Part shown: positions 57,301 through 64,000 of the stretch, piece after piece | Layout: each line of letters begins with the position of its first letter | Numbering within the stretch: position 1 is the stretch's first letter | Sequence record: OP079919.1 | Strand: one strand, 5' to 3' | Length of the DNA: 64,000 nucleotides | Notes under the pieces: model-generated | Told to the model about the DNA's origin: nothing | Database searches by the model: none | Seen by the model: only the letters and a program-made list of their open reading frames with translations | Program-made: the position numbers and the translations under genes

Positions 57301-58647
57301 CGAAGTGAAACGACAATGGTCAGACGTACACGTGGTCAGCAAGAGAACTATGCTGGGGTTATCTCCGAGGCTGGTAAAGACTCCGGTAAAGTTGGGTTCG
57401 TGAGTTACTTAACGAGCAACCCTAAGATCGCCGATTTCCGTGGTAACGTCGACCTAAGCATGCCTGACACTCTGAGCGGCAGACTGTCGGTAACATCCAA
57501 CCTTTTAGCTCACTCGACCTCCGATGACCCCAAACGTGCTCTGTTCTCCGGGGTACAGCAAAGCCAGGGGGTATCTGCGACTAACTATCAAACCAACTGG
57601 TTACGTACCGGGGATGAATTGGTTATCGCACACCGGACATCCGAGCTTTATTCTAAACCAGCTAAACTCGACGGTAAAGTAATAAAGCTTACCAAAGAAG
57701 GCTTGGTGGTCGAATACAAGGATGGAACGACGGACAGTTATCCGTTAGGCTTAACCATCGGCAGTGCGTCTGGTGAATTCCACAGACACACAAGAGTCAC
57801 TGATTTAAAAGTCGGTGATAGTTTCAATGCCGGAGATATCATCGGTTGGGACGAAATGTACTTTGAAAGGGATTTGGCTAACCCTAATCAGGTGGCGTGG
57901 AAATGCGGGGTAATGGTGAGGATTGCCTTTGTTGAGAATCAGTTCACGTTTGAAGACTCCATTGAGGTTTCTAAAGACTTCGCTGAGCAGACGAAAACAC
58001 CTTATTTGAAGTTGAAAGAATTCTCTTTAGACTTCGAACAAACTCTCGTCCCTCACGTAGAAGTCGGGTCGGAAGTCGACATGGACGCGATTTTATGCTC
58101 GATAGAGGATCCCCACGTAAGTGGTCTGGACGATTCTGATGACACTTTCTCAGGATTAGAGCGTTTAGGGGTTAAACAAATTCGGTCTAACCATCATGGC
58201 CGTGTTGTTAAAATTGAGTGTGTTTATAACGGTTCAATTGAAGACATGTCAGATAGCCTGAAAGGGTTTGTGACTAAGTTAGATAAAGAACGTCAACAGC
58301 TCAATAAGGTCACTCACACCGGGATCGTTAACGGTAACGTTGGGGGAAACACGTATGTTAAGAAAGCCAGTGTTGAACCTAATCGGGTTACGGTTAAAAT
58401 CTTTATTGAGGATCTCAATAGCTCCGAAACCGCCGATAAATTTGTGGTCGGTAACCAGATGAAGGGTACCGTGGGGAATATCGTGAACTACACAATGCGT
58501 ACACTGGATGGCCGTATTGTCAAGATTCGATTCTCATTTAAATCGATGTTCAACCGTATGGTTCTGAGCTTACGAGATAAAATGGGTATCAATGAAGTTA
58601 ACGCCAACCGCACTTCGGCAGCAGTTAAAGCTTTCAGAGGAAAATAA
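54391..58647 (+). CDS. virion RNA polymerase beta subunit (phiKZ gp178-like)
   Basis: GTGGRS, DSGKVG, DDPKRALF..VQ, FEDS, DKFVVGNQMKGTV; 1418 aa. Confidence 0.92.
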   Translation: MSVLYQQFFRNFVLRKKQEITNPKFHHLTDMVLPRESVMMYLPKTQEDIGPSTEEPLIGTYPDGVNIYFNSLYVTPIGRTRPVPFNEKQSIQLYRKSHFKYNWARTLSNYLSRRQELLVNNIAMGPHRHRYVFTRFVQFERAYNQLASGIEAVKQMSKETTRNQYWRIELPPAIPDYRQLLVAVDHYKKAFKDGVYTTTDNQAVLPFKGYGSYWIMDWYLFLIGEKNYSLFNRLDKEEMDKLHIIFSHNGLSWVVNLGIVSQWMEELNDKHGNPTSMRVNAAKRFLLGFRALIAGGTLSETIEEKPHAAENVGLGTGTPEEERRSQEVNKESEEEPLDLDESEEITDQSVTMLDLFMGGKKADTESDDDQGGEDPGGADENHGEEWAAAVDDELLYNAETEGLGETKKVIFSTPESGILRALEQRAKAGTLTVAEQRYYTNLAQSYKTIKMPNGESLESFVKIDQAKLRHLPAKIAPEMRGIIDPSQLQSRATNLKTKYSEEFLNRDIAGMILNIQNAGIVLTDLKRERIVNAESAYDVYTMNVHPVGGSPKTAMFRIPKIDKDGTFTVDGVKQHLQLQRMEIPIRKINSEQVALTSYYDRKIMMSRSTKVADDYGLWLNKQLILLGEAGKVSGVLGDVYNRSYAVPRTYSALAKRYRSLKAGGIEFNFDLSSLVGSEKEINKLISPNWVPVAKEGDDFIFMDDGGNLYKDKTHIGSFESRCGIDTTKAPVDIVTVNVNGYAFPIGVVLAYYFGFDELLKALNADYRTVPAGEKVRMGQDEYAITFNDETLIFNRRDSLTALIMGGFRKLANLSNFSRYDLNTKGVWVPAIGDKKVKPGHFDEMRLMFEMFIDPITKSELVKRGYPTELHYLMIEGVKMLNTDRTAHEIELTEQRFVGYERFAGRVYNEIVKSTRQFRNKGNDKRFTFDMNPEAVIMSIITDTSVNLVEEVNPIHEIKEQEVVTFGGTGGRSETTMVRRTRGQQENYAGVISEAGKDSGKVGFVSYLTSNPKIADFRGNVDLSMPDTLSGRLSVTSNLLAHSTSDDPKRALFSGVQQSQGVSATNYQTNWLRTGDELVIAHRTSELYSKPAKLDGKVIKLTKEGLVVEYKDGTTDSYPLGLTIGSASGEFHRHTRVTDLKVGDSFNAGDIIGWDEMYFERDLANPNQVAWKCGVMVRIAFVENQFTFEDSIEVSKDFAEQTKTPYLKLKEFSLDFEQTLVPHVEVGSEVDMDAILCSIEDPHVSGLDDSDDTFSGLERLGVKQIRSNHHGRVVKIECVYNGSIEDMSDSLKGFVTKLDKERQQLNKVTHTGIVNGNVGGNTYVKKASVEPNRVTVKIFIEDLNSSETADKFVVGNQMKGTVGNIVNYTMRTLDGRIVKIRFSFKSMFNRMVLSLRDKMGINEVNANRTSAAVKAFRGK

Positions 58648-58648
58648 A

Positions 58649-59509
58649 ATGTCTATCGCCCTAACCAAAGCGATTAAAGATATCCAGGTATCTTTAAAAG
58701 AGGTGGGGCTTTATCCTTCTAAGATCGATGGTGTATGGGGGGATGGAAGTTCGACCGGCTTCCTTACCCTCATCAACTATTATGCGTCTAAAGAAGGTAA
58801 AGCGTCTCAAGTTAAAATCGGTCCTAAAGTCGGCAACGAAGTGGCCTTTAAAACAGTTCAGCAACAACTCCAAAACATCGGGCTTTACACCGGCACGATC
58901 GACGGACTTTGGGGTAACGGAACCAAAACCGCTTTGGCAACTCTGAACAGCGCCTTCCGTTTAGGTTATCAACTGCCTAAATACAGCGCATGCTGGAGTA
59001 AGAAGGTTGAACCGGCATTCGTTGCCCGTTGTAAGAAATGGGTGGACGACGAAGCTCTGGTTCCTGAATGCCTTGATTACGTCATGGCGATTATGTGTTT
59101 CGAATCAGGCGGTACCTTCCGACCAGATATTCAGAATGGTGCTGGTGCCAACTATTGGGGTTTAATCCAATTCGGTACTGCGGCCGCAACCGATCTGGGT
59201 ACTACTCTTGACAAACTCAAGAAGATGACTCAGATGGAGCAACTGGAGTATGTGTTTAAATACTTCAAGATGCGGATGAGATCGTATAAACTGAAAAGTC
59301 TGGAAGATTTCTATATGTCCGTATTTTACCCGGCCGCAATAGGTAAATCTCCTGACACCATGATCTTCGCCAATGGTTCTGTTGGCTATCGTCAGAACAT
59401 CGGTCTGGACGTTGACAAAGACGGTAAGATTACCGTTGGAGAAATCAGCGTTAAAATCTATCAAACTTACTACGACGGGATGCTACCCGTTAATCGGAGA
59501 ATTGTCTAA
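58649..59509 (+). CDS. modular endolysin: two peptidoglycan-binding repeats plus lysozyme-like domain (EL188-like)
   Basis: GLY..KIDGVWG and GLY..TIDGLWG repeats; MAIMCFESG..GLIQF; start moved to ATG 58649. Confidence 0.9.
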   Translation: MSIALTKAIKDIQVSLKEVGLYPSKIDGVWGDGSSTGFLTLINYYASKEGKASQVKIGPKVGNEVAFKTVQQQLQNIGLYTGTIDGLWGNGTKTALATLNSAFRLGYQLPKYSACWSKKVEPAFVARCKKWVDDEALVPECLDYVMAIMCFESGGTFRPDIQNGAGANYWGLIQFGTAAATDLGTTLDKLKKMTQMEQLEYVFKYFKMRMRSYKLKSLEDFYMSVFYPAAIGKSPDTMIFANGSVGYRQNIGLDVDKDGKITVGEISVKIYQTYYDGMLPVNRRIV

Positions 59510-59670
59510 TGGACGATACCATTAAAGAAGCGGTCGCTATCGCCAATTTGTTTGAATTGGTTAAAGCAACAACCGGGAAAGTCGGACTTGAATATATGGC
59601 CCCCATTGATGATTCTCGTGCCGACGAAATTATCAGCGGTGCTATCAACGCGGCAGTAAAAGGACAATAA
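59509..59670 (+). CDS. small hypothetical protein (53 aa, not in ORF track)
   Basis: TAATG coupling; fills the gap exactly; MDDTIKEAVAIANLFELVK.. Confidence 0.6.
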   Translation: MDDTIKEAVAIANLFELVKATTGKVGLEYMAPIDDSRADEIISGAINAAVKGQ

Positions 59671-59672
59671 CA

Positions 59673-61172
59673 ATGATCAAGCAATCTTCCGTTTTCATTG
59701 CGTTGCCTATCGCAGAAAGTTTGGTTGGTGTTAACAAAACCTTTGCTGATAAAAGTCATCCGCTCATCAAAGGCCTGAGCGATTGCAGCTATGGTCTGGT
59801 TCCTTATACCCTCGATAACCTTCCTTTGACTTTACCGGAAGTTACTCACGAGGAAATGGAACACGGCTTGCTGCTGGATGAAGCCAGTACAACGCTCGCC
59901 GAATCTGTCCGTAAAAGTTTCCAGCAGATCAGCCATTACCTCAAGCCTTTCGCGAAAAATCTCATCGAAGAAATCTACAAGGCCACGGATATCGATGAAG
60001 ACGCCACACGTCAGATTTTTGACCGTCTTCAGATTGAATACCGTAAGCTCGATTACGGTTTCTTCGACAGCCCGTTTTACCCGAAAGAGATCGACTCCAC
60101 TATCGACTACAGCAAGATCCCTCTGAAAGATCTGATGTTGCCGGATAACACAGTCGATAAAGACTTCACTGGGTTCGCTGAGTATATCCAGGCGCCTAAC
60201 GCAGAGATCAAAGAGATCTTCGAAGCATATCAGCCAGGCTGGGCGTTCGATAAATTTATTGGGAACAACAACTGGGCCGACGTCTTCAATATTTTCAACG
60301 GCTATGTTGATCTGACGACGGCTGGTTACAAAGACCCAGCTCCTCTGTTCAGCCTGTACGTGCTGTTTACGAAAATGAAAGCGGATGAAAATCCGGCTCC
60401 ATTCGTAAAAAATATCGAACTCCATCAGTATCGTGGTTACGTCAACCGGATGCACAATTTCCTGACTGTAGCACTTGTTTTTTGTTCTCGTTACTATCAG
60501 GGTTTGAAACTCACTCCAATGCCTGTTCTGTCTTTGGTGGGCAAAATGGAAATGGATCGTGGGATTAACCTTCTGCGCGGTAAAATTGTTGTAGGTCTTA
60601 CCAAAAAAGGTCTCGATATTTACGCAGCAGCGGCACCTGAAGGTTCTGTAAGTGAAGCACTGGTCGGTAAAGCCGTGGCTACGATCGCAACCAAGTCCGA
60701 TAAAGCCGGCTTGAACATCGTTGCAGGCGCAGAGTACTTCCAGGAAGTATTCCGCAATTACCTGGCTGGCGTAACGGGATCTCTGAACGCTAAGATCACT
60801 GAATCCTGTCGGGATGCAGTTGAGAATGCACTGATCAAGTTCCAGAACGAACACGCGGAACTCAAAGATACCGTGATGGGTCTCAATGACAAAATTGAAT
60901 TCCGTCGTCTGAGCCACGCTCTGCAGTCTGATGTGGATTCGTTCGTTGGTGGTTATAAATCGCAAGTTGTCGCTAACGGCGTCCCGCTGGATAAATACGT
61001 CATGGGATCTGATCTCGTTGCCTCTCTGGGTAGCCTGATGGGTATGACGTTCGCGGCGGATGTACTGCGCACCAGTTCTCGCTTGATCGGTTCAGGTGAG
61101 ATCACCGATGTTCAGAAACGCGAAGCGCTGACCGAAGCGGTTGTAAAATCTTTAGTTAAACATCTTGTCTAA
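59673..61172 (+). CDS. putative virion/head-associated protein (phiKZ gp177-like position)
   Basis: AAGGA RBS, strong codon bias, synteny upstream of protease. Confidence 0.7.
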   Translation: MIKQSSVFIALPIAESLVGVNKTFADKSHPLIKGLSDCSYGLVPYTLDNLPLTLPEVTHEEMEHGLLLDEASTTLAESVRKSFQQISHYLKPFAKNLIEEIYKATDIDEDATRQIFDRLQIEYRKLDYGFFDSPFYPKEIDSTIDYSKIPLKDLMLPDNTVDKDFTGFAEYIQAPNAEIKEIFEAYQPGWAFDKFIGNNNWADVFNIFNGYVDLTTAGYKDPAPLFSLYVLFTKMKADENPAPFVKNIELHQYRGYVNRMHNFLTVALVFCSRYYQGLKLTPMPVLSLVGKMEMDRGINLLRGKIVVGLTKKGLDIYAAAAPEGSVSEALVGKAVATIATKSDKAGLNIVAGAEYFQEVFRNYLAGVTGSLNAKITESCRDAVENALIKFQNEHAELKDTVMGLNDKIEFRRLSHALQSDVDSFVGGYKSQVVANGVPLDKYVMGSDLVASLGSLMGMTFAADVLRTSSRLIGSGEITDVQKREALTEAVVKSLVKHLV

Positions 61173-61187
61173 TCGGGAATTTAATCC

Positions 61188-61913
61188 ATGAACTATTCGG
61201 CTCTAACGAGAAATAAGGATCGGGTCTTTAAAGCATTAAAAGAGTTAGAGGACCATTCGGTTATCGCTCTGGAGCCGTTAGAGGTTCATATCCCCAAACG
61301 CTTTATCGAGCGATCACTAGCCGATATCGGTGATAAGGTTGAAACGATCGGTGTTCTGGGGATCGTCATTCCCGATGTCGCTTATTGCTGCATGTATCGC
61401 GTTGCTACCGTAACACTGTCGCCAAGTAACATCAGGGAAATCACAATAGACGGCGTAAGATATGTCGTATTGGATTTCGAGAAGGGCGATACAGTCTTTA
61501 ACAACATCGAGGTCGTTAAAGACGAACATCTCAACTATTCTTACTACATGGAGTTCGGGTATTTCGCAAGGATTCCTTGGTACGTTGACGTAACGATGGC
61601 ACCTAAGCTTTTCGATTACGCTGGACTGATCACCGGTAAGAAAGTGGGGACGAGTCCTCAGGTATTCAGGGTGCTTTACGGATTATCATATCGAGATCCC
61701 GATAACTACGAGATCGCTTATCGTTACGGTCCAGGAATTAAGGCCGGGAAGAAACCTCACCTGGTGGGGCTCAACAACGGCAGCATGTTGATAGATGGAA
61801 CATTCAACCGCCTCATGGGCGGATATCTGGCCGACAACACCATTGCGGCTATTCTTAATCCTGATACCAAAGTCACTGATTCAGAAAAAGTGATGAAGGG
61901 ATCGCCAGAATAA
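61188..61913 (+). CDS. conserved protein (phiKZ gp176-like position)
   Basis: synteny; TFNRLMGGY motif. Confidence 0.7.
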   Translation: MNYSALTRNKDRVFKALKELEDHSVIALEPLEVHIPKRFIERSLADIGDKVETIGVLGIVIPDVAYCCMYRVATVTLSPSNIREITIDGVRYVVLDFEKGDTVFNNIEVVKDEHLNYSYYMEFGYFARIPWYVDVTMAPKLFDYAGLITGKKVGTSPQVFRVLYGLSYRDPDNYEIAYRYGPGIKAGKKPHLVGLNNGSMLIDGTFNRLMGGYLADNTIAAILNPDTKVTDSEKVMKGSPE

Positions 61914-61927
61914 AATAAGGGTAAACC

Positions 61928-62791
61928 GTGAGTCAGTTTTCTTTCGGCAACATTATTCTTGCCAGCAACGGTAAGAAAGGACTACTAAAGCCGATTGATG
62001 ATTCTGGTTACTATCTGCTTAACGCGGGGGGATTTAACGTCCCTAACCGTAACGGGATTAAATATACTGCCAACCAGTATATTCAAGAGTGTATGTCCGA
62101 GGACTCCGATCTCATGCGTCGTATTAAACGCGGTGAGGTTTATGGGGAATGCGGACATCCTCCTATGTTCTTTTACGAACGCGTCAACGGTGTGATAGTA
62201 AGAACCAAGATCACCGATCTTTATCAATGGATCATGCGTCTTAAAACTATCGACATGGACAGGGCGGCTTTCCACATTCGCAATATCCATTTTGATACTG
62301 ACGCATGGACCCCTAACAACAACGGCCCGATCTATAACAGTATCGAAGTTAAACCTTACCTTTCAACCGTGTTTGGTAAGATGTTTGAAGAGAACCTGTT
62401 AACACCTGATATGAACACCTCTGTTTCTATCAGGACGGTCACCGCTCCTCAGCAATTCGGTCATAAGTCTCGTGAGGTTGAATACTTCACTGGTTACGAT
62501 TGGGTTTATGAGGCGGGCATGGATTGGGCTAACAAACACATGACTGCGGGATGCGAAGCCTTCCTGCAAGAAATGGTGTTTGATGAAAAACAATCCATGA
62601 CGCTGGATACCGATACAGCTATTCAGCTGATCGAAGCAGGGCTGGAGAAGGTAGACAATATTCGTAGCGTTGAGGGCGTCGAAGCCTTTGAATCTATCAA
62701 AGGACTGCTCGGGTCTCTTAAACGTCACAACGAAGATCGTAAACAGAAACACACCATTTCCTACGCTTCTAACTGTCTGGATTTATTCTGA
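61928..62791 (+). CDS. prohead maturation protease (phiKZ gp175-like)
   Basis: YGECGHPP (His), VSIRT (Ser), DWV (Asp); S/A/G-x-E motifs in C-terminal tail. Confidence 0.88.
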   Translation: MSQFSFGNIILASNGKKGLLKPIDDSGYYLLNAGGFNVPNRNGIKYTANQYIQECMSEDSDLMRRIKRGEVYGECGHPPMFFYERVNGVIVRTKITDLYQWIMRLKTIDMDRAAFHIRNIHFDTDAWTPNNNGPIYNSIEVKPYLSTVFGKMFEENLLTPDMNTSVSIRTVTAPQQFGHKSREVEYFTGYDWVYEAGMDWANKHMTAGCEAFLQEMVFDEKQSMTLDTDTAIQLIEAGLEKVDNIRSVEGVEAFESIKGLLGSLKRHNEDRKQKHTISYASNCLDLF

Positions 62792-62792
62792 T

Positions 62793-62824
62793 AATAACTG
62801 GAGGGGGAAACCCCTCCAGTTATT
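62793..62824 (+). terminator. intrinsic terminator, GAAA loop
   Basis: perfect 14-bp stem then poly-T. Confidence 0.85.
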
Positions 62825-62877
62825 TTTTACTCACATCCTATTTTTATGTCGACATAACACAATAAGCGAGTTTAACC

Positions 62878-63528
62878 ATGTTTAAGAAAGATCTCTCACT
62901 CACTCAACTTAACGATCTGGCAGCAATCAATTTTCTGGTAACCGCTCCTCTGGAAGTTAAATTGATCAGCAACCTTTACGGTGAGATGGAACGTATTTGG
63001 GGTCAGATGCGCGATCAATATGGCGAACATCTCATCGAACGCAATCTCGGGGGCGGGGTTAAATCTGACGGCGTAAGAGATTATGCCGAGAAACTCACCG
63101 TTCTCGTTTTTAACTCCATCGGATCATTCCAGCGTGGTCTGTCAAAGAAAACCATCGGTGATAAAAATGATGAAGCGACGACGCTCATTCGTCGTGTACC
63201 CGCATACACCGATCTGTCGAACGAAAAACTTTTCAAGATCTTCATGATCAATCTGTTCGGTTACGACGAAGATCTTATCGCAATCTCTTTTGCGACTAAC
63301 GATAAAGATCGTAGCAAACTGCTCTTCCGCTACATCCTCAATCGCTTTGACATCGTTCGTAACAATCCTGAGTCCGAAGAACTTATGGAAGGTTTCTATC
63401 CTGATAACTTCTTCGAGATCGTTGCCGAAAGACCAAGCGACGTTTATCAGGAATGTTTCGCGTACATCGTGGAACAGGGTTATCCGGTCATGAAAGCGCT
63501 GCAGTACTACGCGTCCTCTTTACGCTAA
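62878..63528 (+). CDS. conserved hypothetical protein
   Basis: ORF downstream of protease terminator. Confidence 0.75.
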   Translation: MFKKDLSLTQLNDLAAINFLVTAPLEVKLISNLYGEMERIWGQMRDQYGEHLIERNLGGGVKSDGVRDYAEKLTVLVFNSIGSFQRGLSKKTIGDKNDEATTLIRRVPAYTDLSNEKLFKIFMINLFGYDEDLIAISFATNDKDRSKLLFRYILNRFDIVRNNPESEELMEGFYPDNFFEIVAERPSDVYQECFAYIVEQGYPVMKALQYYASSLR

Positions 63529-63541
63529 AAGTTTTAAGACC

Positions 63542-63549
63542 TATATAAC
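63542..63549 (+). promoter_or_regulatory. early promoter-like TATATAAC
   Basis: 1 mismatch, TTTT upstream. Confidence 0.45.
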
Positions 63550-63550
63550 T

Positions 63551-63619
63551 AAGGTGAGGCAAACACAGACAAAACAGTCTGGGTGATGTTGTAACATCAT
63601 CTTTTCGTTTCCTCATCTT
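63551..63619 (+). ncRNA. predicted three-way-junction RNA (structured leader or sRNA)
   Basis: 13-bp outer stem enclosing 5-bp and 8-bp hairpins, found by hand pairing. Confidence 0.4.
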
Positions 63620-63658
63620 TCTTATTTTAACATCCAATTTATTATCGAGGACCGAAGA

Positions 63659-64000
63659 GTGAGCAAACTTAACAAAACTTATGCTGAATCCCAAACTGCC
63701 GCTATTGCCAATCTGACCGAACACGCGAGCTACGACAAAGCAACGGCGCACACTACCTTTTCAGCAGAAAAGTTTTCTTTGCCTGAAGGGGTAACCCCTG
63801 AAAGTATTAAGACGCACAAAGATCTCTTCATTGACATCACCGGTGCGATCGAAGAAGCTACCGCGCAACAAACGCTGGCAGCTCATAAGGCCGATGAAAA
63901 AATTCTCACCACCACGGGTTCTCTGGAACTGGGCGGGGTCGTCTTTACCTCTCAACACCACCTGAAACAAAAAGTAGGGGAGCACGAACTGTTCGGCGGG
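63659..64000 (+). CDS. hypothetical protein, truncated by window end
   Basis: GTG start, GAGG upstream, open for 114 codons (MSKLNKTYAESQ..LPEGVTPES..). Confidence 0.7.
   Translation, partial: MSKLNKTYAESQTAAIANLTEHASYDKATAHTTFSAEKFSLPEGVTPESIKTHKDLFIDITGAIEEATAQQTLAAHKADEKILTTTGSLELGGVVFTSQHHLKQKVGEHELFGG

Noticed and set aside
52781-58647. Inteins or introns in the RNAP subunits
   Set aside because: Lengths match uninterrupted phiKZ-type subunits; no intein terminal or LAGLIDADG motifs seen
59832-60965. 377-aa antisense ORF
   Set aside because: Shadow of a codon-biased + strand gene; no RBS or motifs
3343-62824. Hairpins as a CRISPR array or IS ends
   Set aside because: Dispersed, one per gene boundary, with no regular spacers, cas genes or transposase
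63551-63619. Hammerhead ribozyme
   Set aside because: CUGANGA core absent on both strands
1-64000. tRNA or rRNA genes
   Set aside because: No cloverleaf or T-loop context in intergenic gaps; the GTTCGA hits examined lie within ORFs. A tRNAscan run was not possible.

Overview
A 64-kb slice of a phiKZ-related jumbo myophage genome, closest in gene content to Pseudomonas phage EL-like viruses (own GroEL, EL188-type endolysin). Lineage is inferred from recalled protein families, not from a database search. Left half (1-28.9 kb): almost all + strand accessory genes, including a RyR-domain protein, DEDDh exonuclease, metallophosphoesterase, BCS1-type AAA ATPase, nucleotidyltransferase, thyA, LysM and HTH proteins, GroEL, a free-standing HNH endonuclease and tdk. 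Right half (28.9-64 kb): conserved core block with an SF2 helicase, virion proteins, RNase H-family protein, UvsX, three virion RNA polymerase subunits, a 2268-aa tail protein with a GH19 domain, endolysin and prohead protease. About 20 long intergenic hairpins and phiKZ-type early promoter motifs punctuate the window. No tRNA, rRNA or CRISPR array was seen. Most notable: (1) the HNH gene sits between two versions of the tdk 5' end, and the orphaned upstream 10 codons form a hairpin covering the HNH RBS and AUG; (2) the RNase H-family protein appears to have lost its catalytic residues; (3) a Cys-His-Asp domain is fused to a Gp49_66 domain; (4) a three-way-junction RNA follows an early promoter; (5) shared non-coding promoter-like and RBS-spacer motifs.
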